Origin: Arthrobacter sp.
GTDB taxonomy: Bacteria > Actinomycetota > Actinomycetes > Actinomycetales > Micrococcaceae
DNA length: 64,000 nt
NCBI RefSeq assembly: GCF_031179385.1
Contig: NZ_JAPSHV010000002.1
Span: 33,486-97,485, forward strand
Direction: 5' to 3'
Shown one piece after another: positions 9,089 to 21,813 of this stretch. The number at the start of each line of letters is the position of its first letter. The stretch's first letter is position 1. A program made the position numbers and the translations under genes. Below the pieces are notes generated by a model. That model ran no database searches. It was not told the origin of the DNA and worked only from the letters and a program-made list of their open reading frames with translations.

Positions 9089-9667
9089 GTGGTTTCGGAG
9101 AACTACCCCCGCGGAGTGAAGATCGGCGTCGATGTCGGCATGGTCCGCGTCGGGGTTTCGGCAAGCGACAGGGACGGGCTTATCGCCACGCCGGTGTGCA
9201 CGCTCAACCGCGATACGCGGAAGAACCGTGACCTGCGTCTGTTGCTCCGGAACATTCAGGAGCTCGCAGCCGTTGAGGTATTCGTCGGGTTGCCCCGCAA
9301 CCTAAGCGGTACCGAATCCGCCTCTACGGCCATGGCTCGGGATTACGCTGCGGCACTCGTTGACACCCTCGTGGATGCGGGACTGGACGTACCCGTGCGG
9401 TTGATCGACGAGCGGCTGACTTCAGTTTCGGCCCATCGATCACTTCGTCAGGCTGGATTGAACAGTCGGGAACACCGTAAGGTGGTAGATCAGGTGGCAG
9501 CCGTGGAGATACTCCAACACGCCATCGACATGCAACGGAACCTTGAGCGGGATGTGGGGGAGCCGGTCGTTCAACATCGGCGGCGGAATCTTGACCACCC
9601 GTCGCCGGCCTCATCCGAGGAGTTAGACATTTCGCAAACCTACAGTGGGAGGAAAGAGGAGCAGTGA
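9089..9667 (+). CDS. ruvX: RuvX/YqgF RNase H-like nuclease (pre-16S rRNA processing / resolvase-like)
   Basis: IGVDVG, VGLPRNLSG, IDERLTS and VVDQVAA motifs. Start approximate (GTG 9089). Confidence 0.92.
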   Translation: MVSENYPRGVKIGVDVGMVRVGVSASDRDGLIATPVCTLNRDTRKNRDLRLLLRNIQELAAVEVFVGLPRNLSGTESASTAMARDYAAALVDTLVDAGLDVPVRLIDERLTSVSAHRSLRQAGLNSREHRKVVDQVAAVEILQHAIDMQRNLERDVGEPVVQHRRRNLDHPSPASSEELDISQTYSGRKEEQ

Positions 9668-10887
9668 GCCATCGTCATCCTCCTTTCCCGGCAGCTGATC
9701 ACGGCGCCGAGCAGCACCCGGACGACTACTTCGAAGACCACTATCCAGTGCATCCGGAGCCGGTGGAACAATTCTTCGAGGCGGACCTTCCATCCCGCCG
9801 AACCCGTAGACCGTCCAAGGCGCGCCAGCGCCGTCGCAGGCGCAGGACCATCGTCATGCTGGTCGTTGTCCTGGGTTTCATCGGCGTGGTGGTTGCCGTT
9901 GCGATGTTCCTGCGGAGCCTCCTCGGCGTTGGTGAGGTGACGGATTACGCCGGTCCCGGAACCGGATCAGTGACCTTTACCGTCGATGCGGGCGCGGGGC
10001 CCCTGATCGTCGGCAACGGCCTCGAGCAGCAGGACATCGTGGCCAGCTCGGAGGAATTCCTCAAGGCGCTCTCCTCGGTTGCTGACGGCCGGGTCATCCA
10101 GCCCGGTGACTACGAGATGAAGTACCAGATGAGTGCCGAGGAAGCAGCACAGGCGCTGCTGGCCGAGGGAGGCGCGGGAGTTCACTACGCCGCCGTCGCC
10201 CGCGATCTGAGGCAAAACGAAGTTTTTGACATCCTCGCCGAATCGACCGGGATCCCTCGGGAAGAATTCGACGCCCTGGCTAAGGATCCCACCCAGTTCG
10301 GCATTCCGGAACAGTCGCCGACCCTTGAGGGCTACCTCTACCCCGGCGAGTACAGGTTTGACCTGGAGATCAGTGCCACCGAGGTGATCCAGCAGATGGT
10401 GGACAACACCCATGCGGCTCTTGAGGAAGCAGGCGTGACTGATACCGCTGAGCAGTATCGGATCCTGACTATCGCCAGCATCGTTCAGGCGGAGGCAGGC
10501 CAGGCCGACTACGCGCAGGTTGCCGGGTCGATCATGAACCGTTTGGGCCCGGACAACACGGAGACCAACGGCCTGATCCAGTCCGATGCGACGGTCACCT
10601 ACGGCCTGAACCGCAAGAGCTACAACCTGACGGACGAGGAAAAAGCCGACAAATCGAACCCGTACAACACGTACGCGAACGAAGGTCTGCCCGTGGGCCC
10701 GATCGGCTCCCCGAGCGCGGAAGCGATCGAGGCGGCGGTCAACCCGGCTGACGTCCCGTATTACTACTGGGTCACTGTCAATCTGGACTCGGGCGAGACG
10801 AAGTTCTCGGAAACTCTCGCCGAACATGCGCAGTACGTTCAGGAGTACCAGGCATGGTGTGCCGACAACGCCGGAAGGTGCGAATAG
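9664..10887 (+). CDS. mltG: endolytic transglycosylase MltG (YceG family)
   Basis: Basic patch plus single TM helix, LEGYLYP, catalytic ASIVQAE, QSDATVTY, SNPYNTY...GLPVGPIGSP. Confidence 0.95.
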   Translation: MSHRHPPFPAADHGAEQHPDDYFEDHYPVHPEPVEQFFEADLPSRRTRRPSKARQRRRRRRTIVMLVVVLGFIGVVVAVAMFLRSLLGVGEVTDYAGPGTGSVTFTVDAGAGPLIVGNGLEQQDIVASSEEFLKALSSVADGRVIQPGDYEMKYQMSAEEAAQALLAEGGAGVHYAAVARDLRQNEVFDILAESTGIPREEFDALAKDPTQFGIPEQSPTLEGYLYPGEYRFDLEISATEVIQQMVDNTHAALEEAGVTDTAEQYRILTIASIVQAEAGQADYAQVAGSIMNRLGPDNTETNGLIQSDATVTYGLNRKSYNLTDEEKADKSNPYNTYANEGLPVGPIGSPSAEAIEAAVNPADVPYYYWVTVNLDSGETKFSETLAEHAQYVQEYQAWCADNAGRCE

Positions 10888-11784
10888 GTGGTGCCTGACG
10901 AGGCGCCGGCCCCGTATCGGGCCGGCGTCATCGGTCATCCCATTGCCCATTCAAAATCCCCGCGGCTGCACGGTGCTGCCTACTCCTACCTCGAATTCGC
11001 GTGCGACTACTCGGCCATCGAAACACCGCCGGACGCGCTCGAGGGCATCATGCGCGAGCTGCGGGCAGATTCCACATGGCGTGGATTGTCCGTGACAATG
11101 CCGCACAAGGCGGCGGCGCTGACGTATATGGATGAGCTGGCGCCCGGAGTCGCTGACCTGGGCGTCATCAATACTGTGCTTCCCGTCGGGGAGGGCGCTC
11201 ATCGCCGCCTGGTCGGCCACAACACCGATGTCGAGGGCATAGTTCGAGCCGTCCGGCACGCCGGCGCTGGATCCCCGCGGCAAGCCCTGGTACTCGGTGG
11301 TGGCGGCACCGCTTCGGCGGCTGTCGCTGCGCTGGCTCGCATGGGAGTCGAGCTGGTGGATGTCTGCGTCAGGTCCACCCACAAGGCGCAGCCGCTGATC
11401 GCTCTGGGTGAGCGTTTGAACACCGCCGTGCAACTGCAGGATTTCGACGCCGCCGCCGACCTGTGCGTGGTTGCGCCGCTTGTCATTTCGACACTGCCGC
11501 CGCATGGAGCAGACGGCCTGGCCGCCGCACTGCAGCGTATGCCCGACTCGATGGGCGAGTCCGCCCAGGCAGCGCCACGCGTGCTGCTGGACGTGGCCTA
11601 CGACCCGTGGCCGAGTGCACTCGCAAGCGCGTGGTCATCGCGTGGCGGCGCCATCGTTCCCGGGCTTGAGATGCTGCTCTACCAGGCGGTTGCGCAGGTG
11701 AAGCTCTTCACTGGAGACGTCTTCAGGGACGAGGCCGCTGTCATAAATGTGATGTGTGACGCGGTGGAGGCTCCCCGGCGCTAG
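10888..11784 (+). CDS. aroE: shikimate dehydrogenase
   Basis: [32 protein letters not shown] and LDVAY motifs. Confidence 0.95.
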   Translation: MVPDEAPAPYRAGVIGHPIAHSKSPRLHGAAYSYLEFACDYSAIETPPDALEGIMRELRADSTWRGLSVTMPHKAAALTYMDELAPGVADLGVINTVLPVGEGAHRRLVGHNTDVEGIVRAVRHAGAGSPRQALVLGGGGTASAAVAALARMGVELVDVCVRSTHKAQPLIALGERLNTAVQLQDFDAAADLCVVAPLVISTLPPHGADGLAAALQRMPDSMGESAQAAPRVLLDVAYDPWPSALASAWSSRGGAIVPGLEMLLYQAVAQVKLFTGDVFRDEAAVINVMCDAVEAPRR

Positions 11785-11816
11785 CAGGCCCCGCTGACCG
11801 TGGCAGGATGGACGTT

Positions 11817-13015
11817 ATGTTGCGTTGGTTGACGGCCGGGGAATCCCACGGCCCTGCTCTGGTTGGAATCATTGAGGGAATGCCCGCTGGCGTCGAGATT
11901 GCGAGCGAGTCCATTCAGGCGGCTTTGGCTCGTCGGCGTCTGGGATACGGCCGTGGTGCCCGGATGAAGTTTGAACAGGACCAGGTACGAATCATCGGCG
12001 GCGTCCGGCATGGTCTGACCCAGGGCGGCCCCGTTGCCGTCGAGGTGGGAAACACGGAATGGCCAAAGTGGGAGCAGGTCATGTCCGCTGATCCGGTGGA
12101 CGCCGCCATCCTCGAGAACTCGGCCCGCAACGCACCGTTGACAAGGCCTCGCCCGGGGCACGCTGACTTCACCGGGATGCAGAAGTACGGCTTCGATGAG
12201 GCGCGGCCGGTGCTCGAACGCGCAAGCGCCAGGGAAACAGCGGCGCGGGTAGCCCTCGGTACCGTTGCGGCGCAGTTCCTGTCCGCTCTCGGTATCGAAC
12301 TCGTCAGCCATACCGTCGCCGTCGCCTCCGTCGCGGTTCCGGAAGGCTCCGAGCTGCCCGGGCCCCGAGACGTGCTGGCGCTGGACGAAGATCCGCTGCG
12401 CTGCTTCGACCGCGACACCTCCACCGCCATGGTCGCCGAAGTCGATGCAGCCCACAAGGAGGGTGAGACACTCGGCGGCGTTGTCGAGGTCCTCGCCTAC
12501 GGTCTCCCTCCGGGACTGGGAAGCTACGTTCACTGGGACCGCAGGCTGGACGCCCGCCTCGCCGGTGCACTCATGGGAATCCAGGCGATCAAGGGCGTGG
12601 AGGTCGGTGACGGCTTCGAGACCGCGCGTCGGCGCGGTTCCGCAGCCCATGACGAGATTGTCCGCGAGGACAGCGGACGCATCGGACGCGCCACCAACCG
12701 CGCAGGCGGCATCGAAGGCGGCATGAGCATCGGTGACGTTCTGCGGGTGCGTGCTGCCATGAAACCAATCGCCACCGTGCCCCGGGCACTCCAGACCATC
12801 GACGTCACCACGGGCGACGCCGCCAAGGCACACCACCAGCGCTCGGACGTCTGTGCTGTCCCCGCGGCGGGAGTGGTTGCCGAGGCCATGGTCGCCCTGG
12901 TTCTCGCGGAAGCAGTCACCGAGAAGTTCGGCGGCGACTCCGTTGAGGAGACGAAGCGCAATCTCAACTCCTATCTCGAGAACATCCCGGCGGCGCTGAA
13001 CTCGGTTACGTCCTG

Positions 13016-13016
<1 letters not shown>
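11817..13016 (+). CDS. aroC: chorismate synthase
   Basis: [50 protein letters not shown]. Alternative start at 11808. Confidence 0.98.
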
Positions 13017-14666
<1,650 letters not shown>

Positions 14667-14788
14667 ATCCGGTTCGTCCGGCAGGGTAGACTGGACTCTG
14701 GTCTTTTGGCGGGCAGATCCCGAGCAGTCGTGCGCTGCGCCTGCTGCGACGCAAAGCCAACCATCAGTCAATCGACGAAAGAGAACCC

Positions 14789-15352
14789 GTGGCCACCACG
14801 AACGACATCAAGAATGGCACCGTCCTCAAGCTCGAGGGAAACCTCTGGAACGTGCTTGAATTCCAGCACGTCAAGCCAGGCAAGGGCGGCGCCTTCGTCC
14901 GCACCAAGCTACGCAACATCCTTTCGGGGAAGGTTGTCGACAAGACGTTCAACGCCGGGCTCAAAATCGAGACCGCCACGGTGGACCGCCGCGACTACCA
15001 GTACCTGTACAAGGACGGCGACGACTTCGTGTTCATGGACACCACGGACTATGACCAGATCACGGTCCCGGGTGCAACCGTAGGCAGCGCCGAGAACTTC
15101 ATGCTCGAGAGCCAGATGGCAACAATCGCGATGCACGAGGGTTCACCGCTCTATCTCGAGCTGCCGCCGTCGGTTGTCCTCGAAATCACCTACACCGAGC
15201 GGGGCCTGCAGGGCGACCGCTCCACCGGAGGCACCAAGCCGGCCACCGTGGAAACCGGGTACGAGATCCAGGTGCCGCTGTTCCTCGAGACCGGCACCAA
15301 GGTGAAGGTTGACACCCGCACCGGTGAGTACCTGGGACGCGTCAACGAGTGA
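14789..15352 (+). CDS. efp: translation elongation factor P
   Basis: [43 protein letters not shown] and VPLFL motifs. TAGACT -10 candidate at 14687-14692. Confidence 0.98.
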   Translation: MATTNDIKNGTVLKLEGNLWNVLEFQHVKPGKGGAFVRTKLRNILSGKVVDKTFNAGLKIETATVDRRDYQYLYKDGDDFVFMDTTDYDQITVPGATVGSAENFMLESQMATIAMHEGSPLYLELPPSVVLEITYTERGLQGDRSTGGTKPATVETGYEIQVPLFLETGTKVKVDTRTGEYLGRVNE

Positions 15353-15759
15353 GCGCCCGTAGCAAAGCACGGCGTAGGGCTCTGGATATTCTGTTCGAGG
15401 CCGAGCAGCGTTCCGTCTCGCCGATCGAAGCACTTCAGGGTCGCCGTGAGAAGACAGATACGGTCATTAACGAGTACTCGGTGGAGATCATTGAGGGCGT
15501 CATGGCCCACGGCACCCAGATCGACGAATTCCTCAGCACCTACTCACAGGGGTGGACGCTGGACCGGATGCCGGCCGTGGACCGCATGATTCTCCGCGTC
15601 GGCTCCTGGGAACTGCTGTACAACGAGGATGTCCCGGATACGGTTGCCGTCAGTGAGGCCGTCCAACTGGCGACCATGCTCTCAACTGACGAGTCGCCCG
15701 CCTTCATCAATGGCCTGCTCGGCAGGCTGCAGCAGCTCAAGCCGACACTGCTCGCGTAG
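15349..15759 (+). CDS. nusB: transcription antitermination factor NusB
   Basis: [35 protein letters not shown] and FINGLL motifs. Confidence 0.97.
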   Translation: MSARSKARRRALDILFEAEQRSVSPIEALQGRREKTDTVINEYSVEIIEGVMAHGTQIDEFLSTYSQGWTLDRMPAVDRMILRVGSWELLYNEDVPDTVAVSEAVQLATMLSTDESPAFINGLLGRLQQLKPTLLA

Positions 15760-15790
15760 TCGGCACCCACTGCGTCCGTGCGCCGCTGGT

Positions 15791-17059
15791 TCAGAACCGG
15801 CGCCCGGACGCTGCTGCAATGATCTGCCGGCGGGCGGCGTTCAGTTCATGGAGCAGATCCGCTTCGAGCTGCGGATCCGCCGCAGCTGAATGTCCGGCGC
15901 GAAGCCGTTGACGCACGAAAGCGAGCCGTACGCCGGTTCTGACGAAACGCTTCATCGCGGGTCCGGCCCCGATGCGCCGAGCCCATGCGAGAGCTGACGA
16001 GCGACCCCTCGCGGAGGCAACCATGTCCACTTCCTGGCCGGTGAGCCAGCCCGAACCGGCGTATTCGGCCAGTCGCTGATAGGTCACCGCGCGTTCTGCC
16101 CGCTGCAGTCCTATCACCACGGCGATCACCGCGAGGAACAGCGGCACCTGAACGAGGAAGTAGAACGAGAAAAAGTCGGTGAACAACACCACGAGGCCTC
16201 CGTTCCACAACATGTGCCCGGCGATTGCGGGTACAAGGCCGAGAATGAACGCTAGCGCCAGCCTGCCCCTGGTGCGGCCTTTCGCAACCGCTATGCCGAG
16301 TACCAGGCCCAGCGCACCGGTAAACATGACGTGTGCGAAAGGTGAGAAGAGTCCGCGCATCACGAAGACGGTGATCAGCCCGCCCAGTCCCGCCGGATCT
16401 GCCAGCGCTGACCCGAAATACAGGATGTTCTCGGTGAAGGCGAAACCTGCGGCCACCGTACCGGCGTAAACGATCCCGTCCACCGGCCCGTCGAAATGGC
16501 TGCGGCGGGATGCCACCAGAATGAGGACACCCAGTCCTTTCGCCACCTCTTCGACCAGCGGAGCCTGAAAGACAGGACCGACGACGTCCGCGGTCGCGCC
16601 GTCCAGCCCCTCCGTCAGAAGCAGTGTGACGGTTGGACCAAGCAGAAGCGTCACGGCAACGGACATCCCCGCACCCCAGAGAAAGGCGAACACGAGCGCA
16701 CCCCGGGGCTCCGGATCCCACCGATCGACCCAGCGGATGCCCGCAAGGCAAATTGCCAGCGGCACGAGCGCCAGTGCCGCGCACAGAATCAGGGCCGAGG
16801 TGCCAAGCTGTGCTGTTACCAGCGCTGCGACTCCGGCGAGCACGAGGCCCGCGCAGATGAGCAGAAGTGCGTTGACGACGGCGGCGCCTGCAGGGGAGGA
16901 GCGCTTCCTCCCAGGCGCTGCGAGCCCGGCGGCAGGGTGTGGAGCGGGTGGGACCGACGGCCCCGTGTGCACCTGCTGCCACATCCCCAGCGGGGGCCGC
17001 TGCCCTGGTTGAGCCTGCAGGCCCGAGCGGCGCTGGAAGTTCCCCGAGTTCATACTCAT
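15791..17059 (-). CDS. PrsW-family glutamic-type intramembrane protease
   Basis: Multiple TM segments with the PrsW motifs VEEVAKG, FAFTEN, AHVMF and HMLWN. TATCCT -10 (17071-17066) lies 6 nt before ATG 17059. Confidence 0.88.
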   Translation of the reverse strand: MSMNSGNFQRRSGLQAQPGQRPPLGMWQQVHTGPSVPPAPHPAAGLAAPGRKRSSPAGAAVVNALLLICAGLVLAGVAALVTAQLGTSALILCAALALVPLAICLAGIRWVDRWDPEPRGALVFAFLWGAGMSVAVTLLLGPTVTLLLTEGLDGATADVVGPVFQAPLVEEVAKGLGVLILVASRRSHFDGPVDGIVYAGTVAAGFAFTENILYFGSALADPAGLGGLITVFVMRGLFSPFAHVMFTGALGLVLGIAVAKGRTRGRLALAFILGLVPAIAGHMLWNGGLVVLFTDFFSFYFLVQVPLFLAVIAVVIGLQRAERAVTYQRLAEYAGSGWLTGQEVDMVASARGRSSALAWARRIGAGPAMKRFVRTGVRLAFVRQRLRAGHSAAADPQLEADLLHELNAARRQIIAAASGRRF

Positions 17060-17112
17060 CCACACAGGATAGGTGGACCGGACGCCTGTGGTAGTTTTGA
17101 ACGCGCAGCCAA

Positions 17113-17148
17113 CCCTTTAAAGGCCGTCCTGTGAGGCGGAGAAGGAGG
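17113..17148 (+). promoter_or_regulatory. PyrR-binding RNA stem-loop overlapping the pyrR Shine-Dalgarno
   Basis: CCTTTAAAGGCCGTCCTGTGAGGCGGAGAAGGAGG contains the PyrR-site core UCCNGNGAGG and the upstream CUUUAA. CCTT 17114-17117 can pair with AAGG 17142-17145 in the SD. Extended -10 TGgTAGTTT at 17089-17097. Confidence 0.85.
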
Positions 17149-17157
17149 ACGCGTTCC

Positions 17158-17733
17158 TTGAGTGTACCCAGCCCTGAATCCGGAGGATTCGTGTTCCGCA
17201 CGGTCCTCGGAGAAGCTGACATAGATCGGGCCTTGACCCGTATCGCCCACGAGATCCTCGAAGCCAACAAGGGCTCCCAGGATCTGGTGCTGCTGGGAAT
17301 TCCGCGCCGCGGATTCCCCCTCGCGCAGCGTCTGGCGCGCAAGATAGCGCGCACAGATCCCGCAGTGAACCCGGACGCGATGGTCGGACGGCTCGACGTC
17401 ACGATGTTCCGGGACGACCTGCGTAAGCACCCCACCCGGCCCCCGGGTCCCACAAAACTGCCTCCCGCCGGTATCGATGACAAGGTGGTCGTGCTGGTGG
17501 ATGACGTGCTCTATTCCGGGCGCACCATCCGTGCAGCGCTGGATGCCATCGTTGACATCGGGCGGCCCCGCGTCGTCCGTCTGGCGGTACTGGTCGACCG
17601 CGGGCACCGTGAGCTGCCGATCCGCGCGGATCACGTCGGGAAGAACCTGCCCACCTCATCCGCGGAAAAGGTTCGGGTAAGGATCACTGAGGTGGACTCG
17701 GTCGACGAAGTAGTGATTGAAGGTCCGGCATGA
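17158..17733 (+). CDS. pyrR: PyrR pyrimidine regulatory protein / uracil phosphoribosyltransferase
   Basis: [24 protein letters not shown] motif [34 protein letters not shown] start 9 nt after AAGGAGG. Confidence 0.96.
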   Translation: MSVPSPESGGFVFRTVLGEADIDRALTRIAHEILEANKGSQDLVLLGIPRRGFPLAQRLARKIARTDPAVNPDAMVGRLDVTMFRDDLRKHPTRPPGPTKLPPAGIDDKVVVLVDDVLYSGRTIRAALDAIVDIGRPRVVRLAVLVDRGHRELPIRADHVGKNLPTSSAEKVRVRITEVDSVDEVVIEGPA

Positions 17734-18728
17734 AGCACCTCCTGTCCACCGAGAACCTCTCGGCCGCGGACGCCATCCGGATCCTCGACACGGCTGAAGA
17801 GATGGCCTTGGTCGGCGAGCGGGAAGTAAAGAAGCTTCCCGCTCTGCGCGGGCGGACCGTTGTCAACCTGTTCTTCGAGGATTCGACGCGGACCCGTATC
17901 TCTTTCGAGGCCGCGGCCAAGCGCCTGTCAGCCGACGTGATTAACTTCGCAGCCAAGGGCTCGTCTGTGTCCAAGGGCGAATCACTCAAGGACACGGCAC
18001 AAACCCTTGAGGCAATGAGCGCCGATGCCGTGGTCATCCGGCACTGGGCGTCGGGCGCACCGGCGAGGCTCGCGGCCTCGGACTGGATCGACGCTGCTGT
18101 GGTCAACGCCGGTGACGGCACCCATGAGCACCCGACACAGGCGCTGCTGGACGCATTCACGCTCCGCCGGCACTGGTCGCAGATTGCGGGCAGGGCCTCC
18201 CTCGGTGAGGACCTGCGGGGCCTTCGCATCGCTATCGTCGGGGACGTCCTTCACTCCCGCGTGGCCCGATCCAACCTGTGGCTGCTGACCACCCTCGGTG
18301 CTGAAGTGACGCTCGTCGCCCCGCCGACCCTTTTGCCCGTCGGGATTGCGGACTGGCCCTGCAGGGTCAGCTTCGACCTTGATGAGGTGCTCGCCACAGG
18401 CCCGCACGCCATCATGATGCTCCGGGTCCAGGGCGAACGGATGAATGCAGCCTTTTTCCCCTCCGCCCGCGAGTATGCCCGCACCTGGGGTTTCGACGAC
18501 GATCGCCTGGCTGCGCTGGAAGTATCCGCAGGCAAGGACACCATCATCATGCACCCCGGCCCCATGAACCGGGGCCTCGAAATCTCGTCGGCCGCAGCCG
18601 ACTCCCCCCGTTCGACGGTCCTGGCCCAGGTACGCAACGGCGTATCGGTCCGCATGGCCGTGCTGTACCTGCTGCTTTCAGGCGATGACTCAACGCAGCC
18701 GACCCCCGCCCAGGAGGCAACAGTATGA
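17730..18728 (+). CDS. pyrB: aspartate carbamoyltransferase catalytic subunit
   Basis: [43 protein letters not shown] and HPGPMNRG motifs. Confidence 0.98.
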   Translation: MKHLLSTENLSAADAIRILDTAEEMALVGEREVKKLPALRGRTVVNLFFEDSTRTRISFEAAAKRLSADVINFAAKGSSVSKGESLKDTAQTLEAMSADAVVIRHWASGAPARLAASDWIDAAVVNAGDGTHEHPTQALLDAFTLRRHWSQIAGRASLGEDLRGLRIAIVGDVLHSRVARSNLWLLTTLGAEVTLVAPPTLLPVGIADWPCRVSFDLDEVLATGPHAIMMLRVQGERMNAAFFPSAREYARTWGFDDDRLAALEVSAGKDTIIMHPGPMNRGLEISSAAADSPRSTVLAQVRNGVSVRMAVLYLLLSGDDSTQPTPAQEATV

Positions 18729-20044
18729 CGACCACCTACCTGATCAAGGGCGCCACCACGGCCGCTGGTGAAACCGGCGTCGACGTGCTCGTCGCGGACG
18801 GGCGTATCGCTGAGCGGGGACGATCCCTTTCATCGGCCGGTGCCGTCGTGGTCGACGCTGACGGGCTGGTCCTCCTGCCCGGCATGGTGGACATCCACAC
18901 GCACCTCCGCGAGCCGGGGCGTGAGGATGCCGAAACAGTGGAGACCGGCACACGCGCGGCGGCGATGGGCGGTTACACGTCTGTGCACGCCATGGCCAAC
19001 AGCATGCCGGTGGCTGATACCGCGGGCGTGGTGGAACAGGTCTACGCACTCGGCCGGCGGGCCGGCTGGGTCGATGTCCGTCCGGTGGGCGCCGTCACCG
19101 TTGGCCTCGCGGGGGAGCGGCTCGCCGAACTCGGCGCGATGGCGCAGTCCAGGGCGGGTGTGCGGGTCTTCTCCGACGACGGCATCTGCGTGTCCGATCC
19201 GGTACTCATGCGCCGCGCGCTCGAGTACGTGAAAGCGTTCGACGGCGTGGTCGCCCAGCACGCGCAGGAGCCCCGCCTCACCGAGGGCGCCCAGATGAAC
19301 GAGGGCGCAGTGTCTGCTGTCCTGGGCCTGGCGGGATGGCCGGCCGTGGCTGAGGAGAGCATTATCGCCAGGGACGTCCTGCTGGCTCAGCATGTGGGCT
19401 CGCGCCTCCATGTGTGCCATGTGTCAACGGCCGGTTCGGTTGAGATCATCCGCTGGGCGAAGCAGCGCGGGGTCAACGTGACAGCTGAGGTCACGCCCCA
19501 CCATCTGCTGCTCACCGACGAACTGGTCCGTTCCTGGAATCCGGTCTACAAGGTGAACCCGCCGCTACGGACGAACGAGGACGTCACTGCGCTCCGTGAG
19601 GCCCTGGCCGACGGGACGATCGACGTGGTCGGAACCGACCACGCGCCGCACCCGTCCGAGCACAAGGAATGCGAATGGGCGCAGGCCGCGATGGGGATGA
19701 CCGGCCTTGAGACCGCACTCTCGGTAGTCCAGCACGCCATGATCGAGACCGGGCTGATGGACTGGGCGCGCTTCGCGGAGGCGACGTCCATCCTTCCCGC
19801 TCAGATCGGACGGGTTCAGACCCAGGGCAGGCCGCTGGCAGCCGGTGAGATGGCAAATCTCACACTGGTGGATCCTGCAGCCAGGTGGACGGTCGATCCC
19901 CATAAAATGGCTACCAAGGGCCGCAACAGTCCCTTCGCCGGCCTCGAACTGCCGGGCGCCGTCGTCGCAACCTTCTTCGCCGGGCATCCCACGGTGCTGG
20001 AAGGGCGGCTCAACACACCGCATCCCGATGCACAAGGGGACTGA
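18725..20044 (+). CDS. pyrC: dihydroorotase
   Basis: [31 protein letters not shown] and GTDHAPH motifs. Confidence 0.97.
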   Translation: MTTTYLIKGATTAAGETGVDVLVADGRIAERGRSLSSAGAVVVDADGLVLLPGMVDIHTHLREPGREDAETVETGTRAAAMGGYTSVHAMANSMPVADTAGVVEQVYALGRRAGWVDVRPVGAVTVGLAGERLAELGAMAQSRAGVRVFSDDGICVSDPVLMRRALEYVKAFDGVVAQHAQEPRLTEGAQMNEGAVSAVLGLAGWPAVAEESIIARDVLLAQHVGSRLHVCHVSTAGSVEIIRWAKQRGVNVTAEVTPHHLLLTDELVRSWNPVYKVNPPLRTNEDVTALREALADGTIDVVGTDHAPHPSEHKECEWAQAAMGMTGLETALSVVQHAMIETGLMDWARFAEATSILPAQIGRVQTQGRPLAAGEMANLTLVDPAARWTVDPHKMATKGRNSPFAGLELPGAVVATFFAGHPTVLEGRLNTPHPDAQGD

Positions 20045-20047
20045 AGC

Positions 20048-20578
20048 GTGGACGTAGCAATAACAGCCGTCGCCATATCCTTGGCCGCCATCGTGCTGCT
20101 GGCGGGGCTGATGGCAGTGGGCTGGAGAAACCGCCTCAAGCGCCAGCAGACGCTCAGTGCGCCCGCGGATGCCCCGGAGGACCGGGGAGCACCGGTTTAC
20201 GCGGCCGAAGGCCAGTACGTCGTCACCACCACAGGCGGGGACTGGCTGGACCGGGTCACAGCGCACGGACTGGGAAACAAGGCCACCGCAACTGCGGCCG
20301 TCTATTCACACGGTCTGCTGTTCGACCGCTCCGGAGACACAGAGGTGTACATCGCCAGGCAGAACCTGACCGGTGTGCGTCTGGAGCGGGGCATGGCCGG
20401 AAAATTCGTCGAGAAGGACGGACTGGTGGTCGTGTCCTGGACGATGGACTCGCACACTTTCGATACGGGTTTCCGGACCAGGTACGCGGCGGACAAACCG
20501 CAGCTCCTGGCAGCGATCAGTGAGCTGATCGAGGACACCGACCCCCTGACCAACCCCACAAGCAAGGAAGTACAGTGA
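20048..20578 (+). CDS. conserved membrane-anchored protein of the actinobacterial pyr operon (N-terminal TM plus PH-like domain)
   Basis: Hydrophobic N-terminus, then [20 protein letters not shown] and GLVVVSW...DTGFR. Sits between pyrC and carA, with a GTGA overlap to carA. Confidence 0.75.
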   Translation: MDVAITAVAISLAAIVLLAGLMAVGWRNRLKRQQTLSAPADAPEDRGAPVYAAEGQYVVTTTGGDWLDRVTAHGLGNKATATAAVYSHGLLFDRSGDTEVYIARQNLTGVRLERGMAGKFVEKDGLVVVSWTMDSHTFDTGFRTRYAADKPQLLAAISELIEDTDPLTNPTSKEVQ

Positions 20579-21813
20579 CAACACACGCGGGAGTAACAGG
20601 AGCCGGTGCCGCGGCGGTTTTGGTCCTCGAGGACGGGCGGACTTTCCGTGGGCAGAGCTACGGCGCTCAGGGCACCGCCCTTGGCGAGGCCGTCTTCGCC
20701 ACCGGGATGACCGGGTACCAGGAAACGATCACCGACCCGTCCTACGCGCGGCAATTGGTGGTCCAGACAGCGCCGCACATCGGCAACACCGGTGTGAACC
20801 GCGACGACGCCGAGTCCCGCCAGATCTGGGTCGCCGGCTACATCGTCCGTGACCCGGCCCGGCGTCCCTCGAACTGGCGCTCTGAAAAGAGCCTCGATGA
20901 CGAACTCGCCGAGCAGGGCGTTGTGGGAATTCAGGGTGTCGACACCCGCGCGATCACCCGGCACCTGCGGGAGCGCGGCGCCATGAAGGCAGGAATCTTC
21001 TCCGGCTCCGACGCCGCCCGCAGCGACGCCGACCTGCTGGCCACAGTCAACGGGCAACACAGCATGGAAGGCTCGCGGCTCGCGGAGGAAGTGAGCGTGG
21101 ACTCCCGCTACGTCGTCGAACCTTCCGACCACGGCTGGGAGGGAGAGCCCCGCTTCACCGTTGCCGCGCTGGACCTCGGCATCAAGGCCATGACGCCCAA
21201 GCACTTCGCCCAGCGCGGCGTGCGGACCGTCGTGATGCCTGCCACTGCAACGTACGACGACGTCGTAGCCGTGGGTGCCGACGGCGTCTTCATGTCGAAC
21301 GGGCCTGGAGATCCCTCCACGGCGGACGCCCAGGTGTCGCTGCTGCGCCAGGTCCTCGATGCGAAGACCCCGTTCTTCGGCATCTGCTTCGGGAACCAGA
21401 TCCTCGGCCGTGCGCTCGGCTTCGGGACGTACAAGCTCCGCTACGGGCACCGGGGAATCAACCAGCCGGTTCTCGACCGCCGCACGGGCAAGGTGGAAAT
21501 CACCAGCCAGAACCACGGTTTCGCCGTCGACGCGCCGCTGGACGGCCCGGTTATCGCTCCCGAGGAGCGCTTCGGACGTGTCGAGGTGAGCCACGTCTGC
21601 CTCAACGACGACGTCGTTGAGGGACTCGCGTGCCTGGACCTGCCGGCCTTCTCGGTTCAGTACCACCCGGAGGCGGCCGCCGGTCCGCACGACTCCGCGT
21701 ACCTGTTCGACAGGTTCATCGACTTCATGGCTGAGGCTGCCCGCTCGGGCTCCGACGAGCTTGATGCTTCCGAGGTCTCCAAAGCACCCACCCCCGCGCA
21801 GGAAGAAAACTAG
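20575..21813 (+). CDS. carA: carbamoyl-phosphate synthase small subunit
   Basis: [27 protein letters not shown], catalytic [14 protein letters not shown] and QYHPE motifs. Confidence 0.98.
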   Translation: MTTHAGVTGAGAAAVLVLEDGRTFRGQSYGAQGTALGEAVFATGMTGYQETITDPSYARQLVVQTAPHIGNTGVNRDDAESRQIWVAGYIVRDPARRPSNWRSEKSLDDELAEQGVVGIQGVDTRAITRHLRERGAMKAGIFSGSDAARSDADLLATVNGQHSMEGSRLAEEVSVDSRYVVEPSDHGWEGEPRFTVAALDLGIKAMTPKHFAQRGVRTVVMPATATYDDVVAVGADGVFMSNGPGDPSTADAQVSLLRQVLDAKTPFFGICFGNQILGRALGFGTYKLRYGHRGINQPVLDRRTGKVEITSQNHGFAVDAPLDGPVIAPEERFGRVEVSHVCLNDDVVEGLACLDLPAFSVQYHPEAAAGPHDSAYLFDRFIDFMAEAARSGSDELDASEVSKAPTPAQEEN

